64,000 nt of DNA from Eledone cirrhosa (lineage: Eukaryota): the NCBI GenBank assembly GCA_964016885.1, contig OZ024747.1, forward strand, positions 69,068,001 through 69,132,000, written 5' to 3'. The position numbers were made by a program, and so were the translations under genes. Under the pieces are notes generated by a model that was given only the letters and a program-made list of their open reading frames with translations, was not told the DNA's origin and searched no databases. Positions 41,501-57,303 of this stretch are shown here, piece by piece (within the stretch, counting starts at the first letter, position 1; each line of letters begins with the position of its first letter).

Positions 41501-41648
41501 AAAGTTGACCATGCAGGTCACTAACTTGTGGTCTGAATAGCAACCATGCGCATTTTTGAACAACTTAAAAAGTCCTTATCCTTATTTCTAACTAAGAACC
41601 TATCTAGGTACGACCTAGATGATCCGTTGCGGTTTGCCCAAGTCCAGG
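38521..41648 (-). pseudogene. 5'-truncated, frameshifted Tx1-like LINE ORF2 plus 3' UTR (distinct subfamily) in (GATA)n
   Basis: ORF pieces 40466-41563, 40062-40469 and 38791-39837 align by eye to the intact ORF2 (KSPGLDG, KAFDRV, RQGCPLS, YADD). GATA/GACA repeats lie on both sides. Confidence 0.92.
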
Positions 41649-41831
41649 TAGATAGATAGATAGATAGATAGATATAGACAGACAGACAGACAGGCAGACC
41701 GACAGACAGACAGACAGACAGATATAGGTAGATAGATATATAGTTTGATTGAGAGATAGATAGATTTAGATAGATTGATAGATATATAGTTAGATAGACA
41801 GACAGACAGATAAATAGATAGATAGATATAT

Positions 41832-42501
41832 TGGTGCTTCCTTCACTTCCAAACAAGCATGCGCGCGCGTCGCTGGGATGCTCAATCTTGGCTTGGCTGC
41901 CGTTGAGAATGGAGCTCCGGTTGAACGCTACTGCCAAGTGCGAAGTTCGCAGATTGAAATTCATCGCCAATTGACGGAAGTGTATGGACAGTCGCAAAGG
42001 TTGAGGAAAACATGCGTAAAGATCGGCGGATCACTCTGGATGCTCTCTGCATTTTGGTTCCTGAGGTTTCCCGAAGCACCATCCGCAGGATTTTAAGGGA
42101 AAAATTGCGACTGTCTCGTCGGAAATTGACGGTCTCCCGCTCCTTTGTTCGTCGTGAATTTCAGTACGACCGGCTGTAAACTCTCTACACCACTTGAGAA
42201 CGTTTTGACATCCATGCACGCTGTCCATACACTTCCGTCAATTGGCGATGAATTTCAATCGGTTCAACGCCTTTTGCGTTCAAAAACCGAATAACTGCGC
42301 GAACTTCGCACTTGGCGGTAGCGTTCAACGGGAGCTCCATTCTCAGCAGCTGCCAAGCCAAGATTGAGCATCCCAGCGAAGCGCGCGCATGCTTGTTTGG
42401 AAGTGAAGGAAGCACCTATCACAACAGTTTGCCAACAGCCGTACGGACAGTTTCTCTGCGTCCCCATCGCTTTGGAGACTTTACTTTTGGGATTGCCCTC
42501 G
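41832..42501 (-). mobile_element. Rearranged mariner remnant with an internal inverted duplication
   Basis: TIR TA-cgagggcaatcccaaaagtaa on the minus strand. HTH peptides EVRAVIRFLNAKG..EIHRQLTEVYG and KWCREF..GRTEIHDEQRSGRPS. 41833-41990 is an inverted copy of about 42222-42416. Confidence 0.85.
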
Positions 42502-42520
42502 TATATACATACACACACGT

Positions 42521-42609
<89 letters not shown>

Positions 42610-45600
42610 GTGCGTTGGGTTGTATTTCTGTGTTATTTGGCTCTGAAGACAAGATAAACGGAAGTACGCTCTGTTCGTTTGTATAAATCTTATAACAATC
42701 ATGATGCGTCTCGAGTTTTTCTCGATAAAAATACCTTGATTAGAAAATCCACAAGAACACAAAGATTGATAGCGCGAGAAAAAGTATTCCTGTTGGAAGG
42801 AATTTCTTATTTCAGTCAAAAGATATTCCATTTTATTTAATACTTATTTTCTCTTCCCATCAGTTGAATTGCTTTTTTCTCTCTCGCTATTTTTCCTTAT
42901 ATATATCTTTGCCACTCTTTTATCACACTGTTTTTCTTACATTGTTTTTCATTTGTGGTAACTATGTATTAAAAATCTTTAAAAAAATTAATCGAAACCG
43001 TGTAGTTATTGATCACCTCGTAAAGAAATATTATGGTTAGTTTTTCTCTATTGCTACTGGTATTGTATAAAGCAATAAGACGTCCACAGAAATACGGAGA
43101 GGTTCATAATAACAAGTGAATGGAAGAATAAAACGATTTATCAATACATAAGAAAATATACTTCCAATGAAGGAAAGAAAACGAAAAAAAAAAAAAGTCT
43201 ACATTTCAGTCGAAGTGGTATGTCTCAGGTGCGCCCCGTGGACAAGCTGCCGAAGACTGAGAACAGCCAGTGACACCCGCTATATCAGCCACTCTACCTT
43301 TGAGACTCTTTCCGTTGGTGGGATATTCTCCTCTTGATTGTGTGGAGGAAAACGGTAGTTCGGGGACTGAAGACACCCGAGGTCTCGAAGGCGACTGGCC
43401 TGAAAAGGAAGCGGTCGATCAAGTCCCGAATTCTAAACAAGAAATTGTTTTCTAGCTTTCCTTTAAAACAATTTAAGGGATTACCAACCCTTAGAGCAGT
43501 GAATTCATTATTTCATTATTTTTTGGGGCAAGATTTCTAAACATTAGATATCTTTAAAAAAAACAAAAAAACATGCTTTTATATTGAACGAGGTGTCACA
43601 TTTTTAGATGGTGTATGGAGAAAAGGTCACGGTCCACTGAAGGATTGCGTTTGTGACCTAGCTGTGTTTCACGATTTTTGGTACTTAGCACAATACTAGG
43701 ACTGGAACGACACATGTGTATAAGCAACACATCGTCTGGTATTGTAAATGTGATTGTTTCACTGAAAAAACAAATGATTATTGTAGTCGTTGAGAAGGAA
43801 TTAAGTCGAAATTGCCTTCCGTCATTTTTATACACGTGGATAGCCAAGATAATTTAGTGACCCAAAGAAATATGGTATGGTTTCATAATTCCTGCTGGAG
43901 TGGTAGGGGACCAGTAATGGCATATGGCGTTTCTTGGGCATTTAAAGCCAGGTGGAGCCCAATACTCGACAGGTTTGAACACAGCAAAGTTCTTCCAGAG
44001 AAGGGCAGAGAGTGAAAGAATGGAATTGAAAAAGAGATATAGAGGAAAACTGGGACATTTTTTATTTTTTATCGACCTTGAATGGATGAAAAGCAAAGAT
44101 GACCTTGGCGGGATTTAAACTCAGAGAGCAGGGAGCCTGACGTCCTCACAAATTTGCCAATTCGCCGCCTCCCAAGGAAATATAGACCTTCTAAACTGTT
44201 TCGGAGCAAAGCTAAAAATATACTCTTATATAGAATAAATTGATTAATATGATCTTTCTATATTTTCTATATGTTAATTCATTAATCTCGAAGTTTCTGT
44301 CAATGGAAAAATAAAAGGTTGTTGTTTATTCCCATATCTACTCTGAACTAGCTAACCAGTAATCAACGGCACTTCAGCCGTGAACATACGGTTTTTTATT
44401 CTTAGTGTATGTATTTATTCCATTTTTAAGACAGTAAAATGTGATTTGAGATCAGGCAACCACAGAGATTTCCCTTTATCTTTAATTATAGGGAGGAGGT
44501 GTTCTAATATAATTGCTATGTTAGTGTATTGAAACCTTGATATAAGTGCCCTTGGACGTAAAACCTCAACGAAATCACATACTTAGAGTCCCTGACAGTT
44601 GTTAAATATTGGCTTACTATATTGTTGATATATAACATCTATGTATGATCACAGCTATCGACACTCCCAGTTTAAAGGCTGGCGAAATGGAGATAATGTA
44701 AAGAGATTAATAAAGAATCCAACAACAATTACTTGTCACGGTGACCAGGACAAATATTAACTTCTATTGTTTAGTCAAGAAGGGATTGGCATTGTCCATG
44801 ACCTTTTTCAATGCTTCCTAAACGAGAAAGATGACGCTATCCTTCAATCAGAGATCGGATCCAAAGGCCTGCAAAATGTGGCCTCCTCTAAATGTACCTA
44901 AGGTCAGTTGGTGGTACTAAAGAGGGCTATATATTATGTCTACCATCCTTGTAGGCCACATGGGTATTTGAACTTAAAATACAAAGAGCCGAGAAACATA
45001 CCTTAAGGTCAGATACGTTATCATACCAACAAGTCTACAAATTTATTAAATATGGACATTAGAATCCAAAGAGACTTCTGGTTCTTTGTTTCATTAGTAT
45101 GGGCTAAATTAGTAAAAGAAAGACAAAAAACAACGACCCCAAACAGTGTTATATCGGTGGGCCATGTAAAAAAATATCTATCATAAGTTATTTTCCCGCA
45201 GCTCAATTATCGTTTTATAAATAATCATTGTTTTTTATAAATATCCTAATTTTCTGGATAACATTCGTAAAATTATCAGAATAATGTCTACCATATGCGC
45301 AAGGCCGCACGTATGAGGAGGGAGAATAGTACAGTCGATTAAATCGACCTCAGAAATTAACTTACACTGCTTTTTAGAGACGTTTCAAAAGGACTACTGG
45401 GAATATCAGTGCATTATTGTAATATTACTTTAGAAATGCTAGGTAAGATAAATTCGATTCTGGCGAAGCAAATTTTAAAGAATCGAGGTGCGAAATACTA
45501 TTTCTATATCAAAAAAGAAAAGAAAGAAAAAAAAAAGTTCATGTTACCTTAGTCACCGAAAGACGAACGAACAGACAATGGCTTTAATTTAGTAAGATAA

Positions 45601-46371
45601 CTGTTCGTGATGTTAATAGCAACACAATACCGGTTGGTAGTCTTTCGAAATATTCTAGAAGACGAAATGTGATTAAAATTCAAGACCACGCTATTTTAGC
45701 TAAGAAGCTACTTTGATAATGAAAATAAGAAATGTTCTGCCAGGAACAATGAATGGGTGATTAAAAAGCCTTGTAGGCAATTGTCATTGTCAGAATGCAA
45801 AAACTTGCATTAAAAAAGGTTAAACATTTCTTTCTCTCGGGACTCACAATCCTGCTGACACATGTGGGTTGTTTGACCGAGTGGTCTAAAAAGTAAATAA
45901 AAGAGGTACTAGTTATAACTCATAGCTTATTATTATTGTTATTACAAGTCTTTAATGATTATCTCCCATCCTGTAACTCTCCTGGTTCTGAAATCCAATT
46001 TTCCAAAATTGCTAACAACACACGTGTTTCCCCTCTGAACATTTTTTTTCCCGTTCTCTTTTTTATTTTTATTTCTTACTCTTATATATCTTCTTATTTC
46101 TTCTTCTCTATCTCATTTTATCTGTCTGATAACGGACTAGCGGCCAAAATGTTATGACAATTTTTATACCATATCAAGCATAAAACTAATATATTTCATC
46201 GTTGTATTGTATTGTTTTGCTGTGTTCATTTTCTTTGTTGATTTTTCTCTCTCTTTCCCCCCCCCCCACTCTCTCTCTTTCACACACAAACACAGTTATA
46301 TATATATATATACACACATACATTATTGTACACACACATATACATATATATATGTATATACACATATACGA

Positions 46372-46470
<99 letters not shown>

Positions 46471-46623
46471 CATACACACATATATATACATATATATGTA
46501 TGTGTGTGTGTAAAAGTATAACAAAAATAACTAAACAAACGGCACAGTACAGGGAAGAAATATACTAGCATAAATAGCGCCCTCTGGAATAAAATAAAAT
46601 GTTCAATAAAAAGAAATGTGCAT

Positions 46624-46684
<61 letters not shown>

Positions 46685-47064
46685 GCAAAATATGTACACA
46701 CGTATATATACATGCAGACACACAGACACAAATACATGCACACACACATATATACATTCATACGCATACATACACACATATATATATACATATACATACT
46801 CGAACACATACCTACACATACACACATATATATACAAACACACATACATTCAAACATATATATATATATACACACATATACATTCATACATAAAATATAT
46901 TGGGAAAACGTTGTCTGGTTCCAGTGATAAGTGAGATAGTGATTTCTCATATAACCACATGTCTTCTTTATTACAGGAGAAGATAAATGAGTTTGTGTGA
47001 AGTTTGTTCCTTTCGCAAGACTGCTGGCGACCTATTATAACACTCATTATTATTATCATTATGA

Positions 47065-47710
47065 GCGCGGTGGATTGGCAGTATCGGTAGAGGGTCGGAC
47101 AAAATGCTTTGTGGCATATAGTTACGTCCCTTAAGTTCTAAGTTCAAATCCCACAGAGGTTAGCTTTGTCTTTCATCCTTATGGGGTCGATAAAATAAAG
47201 AACCAGTAACACACTGGGTCTATTTAATCGACCCCCCCCACACACACCTAAAAAAATTGCTGGCCTTGTGCCTAAATCAGAAACCCTTATTATCATTATG
47301 AAGGTCGGTGGACTGGCAGTGTCGGTAGAGTGTCGGCCAAACTGCTTTGCGACATATAGTTACATCCCTCTACATCCTTCTACGTCCCTCTACGTAAGTA
47401 GTTCAAATCCCGCCGAGGTTAGCTTTGCCTTTCATCCTTCCTGGGTCGATAGAATAAAGTACCAGTAATGCATTAGGGTCGATTTAATCGACTTTCCCCT
47501 CCCCCAATTTACTAGCCTTGTGCCTATACTAGAAATCAGTATTATTATGTGGAATTGTTAGCGAATCGAACAAAATGTTTTGTACTACTGAGTTACGGTT
47601 ATTTGCGTTCTAATTTCAAATCCTGCCATGGTTAACATTGCCTTTCCCCCTCCGGGGTCGATAAAATAAAGTAATAGTCAGTCACTGGGGTCGATATAAC
47701 CGACTTTCCA
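47065..47710 (+). mobile_element. Three head-to-tail SINEs of the same family
   Basis: The same head and core motifs are repeated three times, separated by (ATT)-like tails. Confidence 0.85.
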
Positions 47711-48488
47711 GCATGTCAAGCGTCTATGCAGAAGGCCTCTTGCTAAATACCGAAACTAACAGAAATACATTGATCTAACTTTACATAGAGGCAGATATAG
47801 TTGAGATAGCCAGACCAGACGATACTCTCGTCTGCTAGAAAATAATTCTCACTCGCTACCATGTACTTTCTATATCATTTCTTTAGAGAGGTGGTTGATG
47901 TGAGGAGTAGTGGGAGGTATGAATTACATATATTTTATTATTTTAAAGATGTGGTCAGTGTGAGCTATGAATTACATATATCTTAATTTTTTCAAGATAT
48001 GTTTAGTGTGAGGTGTGAGTTACATAGAGTTCATTCCTTTCGAGAAATAGTCAGATAAACACGTATTAGAGAGTGTTGTAACAAAAAGTAATGATATATT
48101 ACAACCATACTGGTATACTACACATGAAGGTAATTACATAGCGTATTCATAAATATATGTATCACCATGGATAACATATTTAACAAATAAAGATGCATAT
48201 ATCATATAGGTAACTAAACTATGAGCTTCAGATATATCGTTATGAACAAGAAAACTAATATTTCGAATCTGTACAACATATAGGTGTTTATACATTTTAT
48301 AGCCAGTTGGTTATGTGTCATGTATAACAGTTAAGTTTATATTGTAGTCAGTTGTAGCTTTGTGTCATAAACATGTTGTAAGTATAGGAATGCAGATAAT
48401 ACATACATACATACATACATACATACATACATACATACATACATACATACATACATACATACATACATACATACATACATACATACAT

Positions 48489-48520
<32 letters not shown>

Positions 48521-48568
48521 GTTATGGAATACTGTTAGCTTCTCGCTACAACAATTTCTATACTTTTC

Positions 48569-48646
<78 letters not shown>

Positions 48647-48715
48647 GTGTACATACTTATATTTAAGTAACAGCCGTACTTAGAGTGGGAAATGAAATTT
48701 CGTTTCATTTTTTCC

Positions 48716-48769
<54 letters not shown>

Positions 48770-48962
48770 GTGTGTGTGTGTGTGAGTGTATAAAACAAAG
48801 AGGGTGTGGTAAGATACCAGGTGGACCATAACGCACCAGAGTACTCGATACTTGGGGTAAGTAGAGTGGGTAATATGAAAAGATTCAGGACCCCGACGGC
48901 TGAGCTCCGGCCGTTTCGACAGCGAGATCCGACCGGAACTCAGCCGTCGGAGTCCTGAATCT

Positions 48963-49005
<43 letters not shown>

Positions 49006-51683
49006 AGTATGAAATTGAGAAAAATAGAGCGGTACTGTTGAGTGGTGGAAATGTCTTTAGAAAGACAGAGAGAAAGGTTGTGTAGTTTATTGTCAAAATT
49101 AGGACATTTAGTGCTGCTTTCGCCGAAGGTAGTGGAACAGGTAAATATATATAAATATATATAACTTGTAATTATTCTGCTTCTCCTGGTATGCTTTCGA
49201 GTGTTAACAATCTTAACTATGGAACGAAATTGAAATTTTTAATGCAATGAAACCAGTTTGATTGTTATACTTTTAAAAACAAAATCGATGACATGATCGA
49301 AATTCTTAACATAAAGATAAAAGGTCAAATGTTACACTTCAAATAATACTAACTATGAAATGAAATCGAAGATATAGTCAAAAACTTTAAGCATAGTGAA
49401 ACAATGTTATGAAGATCTCAATCTATAATTAAAAAAAAAAAAACATTTATAAAACATGAAATGTCCATGGTTCACGCAACGAAATATTATTCTTGATAAA
49501 GTACATAGCGGGCGTTAAGTAACAAGTATAGATGAGTCTTAAAGAGGAAAAGGTAGCTTCCATGACCTATTCCACGACTTCCGAGACTTATCCTTAGAGC
49601 AGAGTACAAGCTGGAAGGTTGCAACAGAGCACTTAAAGGCCAGGTAAGAGACGGATTAAATCTATCGCCCAAGCAAACATAAATCGCTACCTAAACTATG
49701 GATTCAAATAGAATATTGATCTCTTCCTTTTAAGTAAGTAAAAGGCCAATATTTGTAGCTGAGATGAGAATTATTATCGATACTTATTTCTTTGATACTT
49801 ATTTGATTGATACTTATTTGATCAATACTTATTTCATCGATAAATAGTTCATCGATATTTATTTGATCGATAATTATTTCATTAGTACTTATTCCGTCGA
49901 CCTACGACGGTGGAACATAAAGTCAACTTCGGCGGGATTAGAACTTCGAACATAAAGGGGCGTAACTAAATACTGAAAAAACAATAAATCTATGACTTTA
50001 CCGATTCTACCATTCATATGGAATAATTATTTTTTACGTATAAAGTCAGATATTGTTGGAAGAAAGGATATGGGAAGATGTATTGCAACAATCCAATTTT
50101 CTCTACATTGAGTAGACAAAAACGGATGGTATAGATATTAATCTAGGACAGTGGTGCCGTTACACACAGAAATGTTAGCTGGTCCCTCCAAATAAAGTAA
50201 GCCATGTGACTAATCGGCATGAATTGATCGCAAACCTCTGGCCCACAAATATACCTTTTGCTGTCGCAACTGCAGTCCCTACTTCTCGGATCTGGTTGGT
50301 CGCGTGTCACAATCACTCAAGTTCATCCGCATCATTTATCACTCATCTCATAACCCATTATATTCCCCACGTCTCGGTGCCACATTAACCAATTCTGCCA
50401 AGCCTTTCTCTCTTGAATAGCGTTCTTTAGGAATTCATTCCTTGTGCGTTCTTTTCCTATAGTGAACAACTTGTAACTGTTTAATATTTATTACATTGAT
50501 TCCACCTGTCTTAAAGAGCTTTACTCTTTATCAAACCATTATATAAGAAAAGGATTTTTTAAATTGGTACAAAAAGAAAACTTGTACGAGTCAACGAGTG
50601 AACTTTTCCGCCATCATAATCTGCTAAAATTTGTCAAAAGATCACATCTACTGTTTTTAAGAAACGAAGGACACGTTAAATATAGTTCTAGGTACACCGA
50701 CAGACAGAATGGATACACCTGGAATGCTAGAATCAGGGTTGACTTGCGGATAAACAACAGATCCACATAGCAAAAGGGGGGAATATTGTCAATTAAACCG
50801 ATTCTATATAAAGATTGATGTTTATTTTAACGTCACCTAACTCCAACGAATGTTGAAATTCAAAGTTTGATCTCATTGATATTTGAACACAGAGGAGCGT
50901 TGAGAGAGAGAGAGAGAGTAATAACTACTATAATGACATTCATTCCAGCGCCGTATCGTTCCAGTAATTCCGCACGCACACCTTTATATAAATCTAAATA
51001 ACAAAACGATCAAATTTTCGTTAAAAACAAAGCAGGAAAAGAATGACTTGTAGTTAATGATTGAAGTGATTGGGTTTCCTGGAATTCAATACAAGCAAAG
51101 AAAAAGTGAAGAAAAAAGGTAGATTAAGAATAAATAAATCCAAAGTGGTGAGGTTTAACGCAAGCCACATCAAAGAATGGAGAAAAAATGCGTTGTGAGC
51201 TTGAATTAATTCTACGAAAATGAGAGGTAAGTGAAGCTTGACAAAATGGCGTCGTTGTTTGTAACAGTTGTCAACATAAAAGCAATCTCTGAGGAAACAG
51301 CAACACTATAGCATGGCAAAGTATTTGTGAAGACTTAATTTTATATACGTGTATCTTATCAACGGTTAAAAGACGTTAATGATGTCTAAGAATAGTGATT
51401 TTTTTGTTGACTAACATATCGTTCTGCTAAATTTAGAATTTGACCATTATAAAATCAGAATAAAGTGTACTATAGATACACTTTTATACAAATAAAACTT
51501 AGAGAAGAAAGGTAAACTTCTGAATTTACACATAATATAATTTTCTTCTATTTATTATCTCTCTCGTTCTCTCTATCTCCCCGTCTCCCTCTCTCACTCA
51601 CTCTCTCTCTCTATATATATATGTGTATATATATATATATAATATATATATGTATATATATATATATACACATATATATATAT

Positions 51684-51723
<40 letters not shown>

Positions 51724-51875
51724 AAGTATGACCCCGACGGTAGAGTTCAAGCCGTCGAAACGGCTTGAGCTCTGCCATCGGGGTCATACTTTTTCCTATT
51801 TTCGACTCTACTACCCTAAGTATTGAGTACTCTGGTGCGTTATGGTCCATCTGGTTCCTTACCACAATTCCTTTG

Positions 51876-52023
<148 letters not shown>

Positions 52024-52087
52024 TGAGAGAGAGAGATGTGTGTATGTACGTACGCTCGGATACATATTCTGAAAGAAGACAAGTGTC

Positions 52088-52122
52088 ACCTGAAGATCGC
52101 AGTGCCATGAAACTCTAGTCGT
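52088..52122 (+). ncRNA. Degenerate hammerhead motif
   Basis: ac-CTGAAGA-tcgcagtgccat-GAA-ACTCTAGT-C/gt, followed by aataaa. Confidence 0.5.
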
Positions 52123-53087
52123 AAATAAAGGAATTCAGTTTAAACAAACAATATACTCTACATTCTGAATTGAGTATACTCATTCTCATACCTTGACAAA
52201 TTACAATATTTCAACATTCAAATATCTCTCATATCGTTGAACAGTGTTTAAGAATAGTAAACTGAACAACGAACAATACACACACTGATGTTTAACAACG
52301 AATATATACGTGCGTGTGTGTGTGTGTGTGTGTGAAGTGCAGTTGTATATAGTTATATATACATATATGTGAGTGTATGTGTGTGAAGTGCAGTTGTATA
52401 TAGTTATATATACATATATGTGAGTGTGTGTTTGAAGTGTAGTTGTATGTAGTTATATATCATATCATTGTGTATGATAGTTAATTATACATTTCACATT
52501 TATACACAGGCTTCGGCGACAGTGTTGTATCACAGATACAACACTGCCATACAGGTATATAATTATATAACCATATCTATATCTATCTATGTATGAACAC
52601 TCAGATACATATACTCTCCCTCTCTCACGCGCTCACACACACACACACACCCACACACACATGTGTTTACCCCCCCCCCCATTTATTGCAGTGGCTTTCT
52701 TTTTTAACACGACATCTTACTTCTTGTTTTTTGTTTTTTTTTCCTTTTTTAGTCCATTTTTTCTTTGTTTCATTCATGTCTCTCGTGCTATAAGAGCCAC
52801 CACACATCTTCCCTGATGTCACACAAAATTCTGTGTACTTAGCTTAATTGCTAATGTTTTGTCTCTCGTCTGTTACTCCACTGGACAGCGTTTGGCTTAT
52901 GTCAGACGTCATGATCCTGGGTGGCCCAGCAGTTCTGTTGGTAAGAGTCGAAACTACCCAAGTCCATCTCAAAGGCCAATGACCATGGAGTTCTGTGTCC
53001 TTGGTTTGTAATTTTATTTTAAAACAATAAGTTTTTAAGGTTTCCCCTAAGGTTTGTTTTACTTTCGTTCACTGTCTAATTTTCTTA

Positions 53088-53150
<63 letters not shown>

Positions 53151-53257
53151 TGAGAGAGAGGGGGGGGATAGATAATGATGTATCGAATATCTATCAACAA
53201 AGTATAACCATGAAATAATAAATCACAACCGTTACATGTGATATATATATTTAAGTT

Positions 53258-53338
<81 letters not shown>

Positions 53339-53458
53339 AAAGAAAAATTCGGAACCCCGACGGCTGGGCTCCGGCCGAATTATTTTATTACCTCTACTAC
53401 CCCAAGTATCGAGTACTCTGGTGAGTAATGGTCTAACTGGTTTTTACTGCCTCCATTG

Positions 53459-53547
<89 letters not shown>

Positions 53548-54067
53548 CATAACAAAGAAAGTATGGTAAGGAACCAGGTGGACCATACGCACCAGAGTAC
53601 TCGATACTTAGGGGTCCTGACACTTTTCCTATATATGTATATCTATGTATGCGTGTGTCTGTCTGCGTGCGTGTTTGTGTATAGGCATGTGTATGTGTAT
53701 TTGTACTGATTATATAAATTATATATACATGTATTTATATATACTATGCGACTATATAGATAAATATAGATTTAATTAAGTCGAAGTGTGTGTTTTCATG
53801 GCAAAAGCTATATTTGTGCATGTGAAGAAACAAAATCCTAGTGGTCATTCTATAAGACATAAATATTACTTTCAACACATATGACAGACATGAACACACA
53901 AACACGCATACATGCATCTGAATACGCACACCCGTACATATAGACACCTGCAGACCCCCCCCCACACACACACACACCCACACCCACACACAGATTCTAG
54001 ATAGTTTGTTTGCAAAAGAATTGTCGATATACAGAGGGTTATATATGTATGTATGTGTGTGTGTGTA

Positions 54068-54159
<92 letters not shown>

Positions 54160-54194
54160 TATATATATATATATATATATTTATAAATATATAT

Positions 54195-54225
<31 letters not shown>

Positions 54226-54226
54226 A

Positions 54227-54273
<47 letters not shown>

Positions 54274-54467
54274 GGAGGTGAGTTTTATTGTAGTACAATA
54301 AAGCAATGCAGATATCGGATAAGAAGCACTCTACAGTTTGTAGGACTGGAGTATACATAATATATAAGAACAAAAGATGGTTAAAAGAGTTCCATGTATT
54401 TTATTATGTGCATTTCAAAAACAAATATCATCATGCAATAATATTTGTGTTTTCATCAGATAAAATA

Positions 54468-54641
54468 TTAAATATTAAATATAACATCTTTTGGAAGAAG
54501 GTTTCTTCTGCGTCTTTATACTTGAACAGTTCTCTATCCAAAATTTGCAATCTCTGTCTAAATGAAAAATTTACCATTATATCTAATTTAGATTCTATAA
54601 TAAATAGACGCACTGACTTGTTTTCTATCTGCTTGCAATAA
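54468..54641 (+). pseudogene. C-terminal part of a Penelope-like GIY-YIG endonuclease
   Basis: CxLCxxEK...N.R.dL...C motif typical of PLE endonuclease C-termini. Confidence 0.72.
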
Positions 54642-55560
54642 ATTCCATAAAACATTCCACAAAGTATACAGCTAATATTCAATTCTTTATCAATTTAGAA
54701 TCTTTTTCTCAAAGGCACATATATATATACATTTCTTTTAAAAATATACCCATCTTTCTACCTTATTTCAAAAGTTATTATACATTCTATAATACTTGTC
54801 ACTCATTCTACATCGCTCCTATTTATCACTTCCCTTTCTTCTCTTTTTTCTTTTAATGTCTAACCCCTAATCTGTACCTTTTCTCACTCTTGCCTAACAT
54901 AGAATCAATTATTACATAATACAATACATTCTTACTCTATATCACCTTGTAAAAATCCTTCGTAAACATATACATTTTTTTTACGTTAGATTATTCATCC
55001 TCAATTCATTGTTCTTTTCTCCGTTTCATCTAACTCATTCATGCTCATCTCACAATATATCCTTACTTAAATAACCTGTTATTCCTTTTAATAATACATA
55101 TCAACATTTTCTTAACATCGCACATATTATTAAACCCTTAAATATTATTCTTAATACATATTAACATTTTCTTTTCATCGCACATATTATCAAACCCCTC
55201 AATATACAAACCTTAACTTTACATTATTTTTCTCTTCGTTAATTTTCAAATTCTTTTAATTTATACATTATCTTCCAACGGTTTTCAACCTCTATATGTA
55301 AAACAATATATCTTTCTCAGTTATAAAAGCTATCTCACTCTCTCTATCACCCATCTCTCCTCCTATCTCATCCTTCCTCATTATACTCCTCCCTCTCCAC
55401 TTTTTACTCTCATCTCCTCCTCTTTTTCATCCTTTCCACCCCCCCCCTCTAAATAAAATATTTTTCCCAATATCACACATCAATCTAAAACTACTTCTCA
55501 TATGTTGATTTAAAACTGAACTATCCACAAGTGTTTTTTAACCTTCATATCATGTCTTCC

Positions 55561-55631
55561 TGTTTTATCTGATGAAAACACAAATATTATTGCATGATGA
55601 TATTTGTTTTTGAAATGCGCATAATAAAATA
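55561..55631 (+). ncRNA. Type-I hammerhead ribozyme motif (other copies: 54397-54467 -, 55858-55928 -, 56065-56135 +)
   Basis: tgttttat-CTGATGA-stem II-GAA-ATGCGCAT-A/ataaaata: stem I pairs and stem III is palindromic. Confidence 0.8.
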
Positions 55632-55661
55632 CATGGAACTCTTTTAACCATCTTTTGTTCT

Positions 55662-55816
<155 letters not shown>

Positions 55817-55822
55817 TATATA

Positions 55823-56263
55823 ATATAAGATCAAAAGATGGTTAAAGGAGTTCCATATATTTTATTATGCGCATTTCAAAAACAAACATCATCAAGCAAT
55901 AATATTTGTGTTTTCATCAGATAAAACAGGAGAACATGATATGAAGGCTAAAAAAACACTTGGTGATAGTGCAGTTTTAAATCAACATATATATATATCA
56001 ACATATGTTGATTTAAAACTGCACTATCAACAAGTGTTTTTTTAGCCTTCATATCATGTTCTCCTGTTTTATCTGATGAAAACACAAATATTATTGCTTG
56101 ATGATGTTTGTTTTTGAAATGCGCATAATAAAATATATGGAACTCCTTTAACCATCTTTTGATCTTATATTATGCATACTCCAGTCCCACAAACTGTAGA
56201 GTGCTTCTTATCCGATATCTGCATTGCTTTATTGTACTACAATAAAACTCACCTCCTACATTA
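55823..56263. mobile_element. Fold-back pseudo-LTR pair of the same PLE family (short arm -, long arm +)
   Basis: 55823-55988 is the reverse complement of about 56003-56170. The + arm continues into the tail ending aaactcacctcctacat. A solo tail copy lies at 29791-29874. Confidence 0.85.
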
Positions 56264-56310
<47 letters not shown>

Positions 56311-56448
56311 GTATTTATATATGTTAGCCCCCCCCCCCCCGGTGTTTGCATAGCTACGGCTTCCTAAAACCGTATTTCTTTAGAGATACGAAATATTTAT
56401 ACATATTGTATAAAGCTATGCTTGAAGCGAAATCCTATTTCTCTTTTA

Positions 56449-56485
<37 letters not shown>

Positions 56486-56505
56486 CATATATATATATAC
56501 ACCCG

Positions 56506-56555
<50 letters not shown>

Positions 56556-56598
56556 TATATATTTACTTATTTATATATATATATATATATCTATATAT

Positions 56599-57303
56599 AT
56601 GTATTGTTTTTGTTTATGCCACGAAACTACGTAGTCGAGGAATCTAGGAGCAGTTTAGGTATGATACATTTTATTACTAATTATATCTAAATGTTTCTTC
56701 TCTCTTCATAATATATTTTTAACTCTGATACTGGTTCAGTCTAGTTCAACCGGATTGGTCTGTCCCAGTCATTCATTGAGCAACATCGGTGAAGTTGGCA
56801 CCCTTAACTCACGGTTGGGTGCGGATGCATTCATGTATATGTGTGTGTCCGCATGTATCTGTGTGTTTCTAAATATATTGTTAATAACTCCCTCTGGTCG
56901 AGCAATCTTTGAAGTGTGGGGACTGCTGGAAAGCTTCCATTACTCATACTTCTCGCCTCCTTCACCACCTCTTCTACGGCTTCGATATAAATACCCCCTC
57001 CGCCTCCGTGGTATTTTCTTCGGGGTTATAAGAGGCTTAGCTCTGTTTCTCGACCGTTATATCGCGTGACTATCTCCCCCTCCGCCTTTTGGGATTCTTT
57101 CTCACGTCGTGTAGACGCGTTCTTGAGACTAGTAAAATGAGGTATCCTCTTGATAAGTCGGCAGACCTCGCAGGGACTCTATATCTTTATGATGTATTGT
57201 TTTTGTTTATGCCACGAAACTACGTAGTCGAGGAATCTAGGAGCAGTTTAGGTATGATACATTTTATTACTAATTATATCTAAATGTTTCTTCTCTCTTC
57301 ATA

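Noticed and set aside
43200-43455. GC-richer island after a tttcag acceptor as a candidate exon
   Set aside because: Early stops, no clear donor and no recognisable protein motif.
51220-51255. YY1-like caaaatggcg and a nearby gtaagt donor as a promoter or first exon
   Set aside because: Short motifs expected by chance, with no supporting exon or CpG-rich context.
56335-56450. Possible additional hammerhead (stem gtatttc/gagatac followed by GAAA)
   Set aside because: No recognisable CUGAnGA core at the right position.
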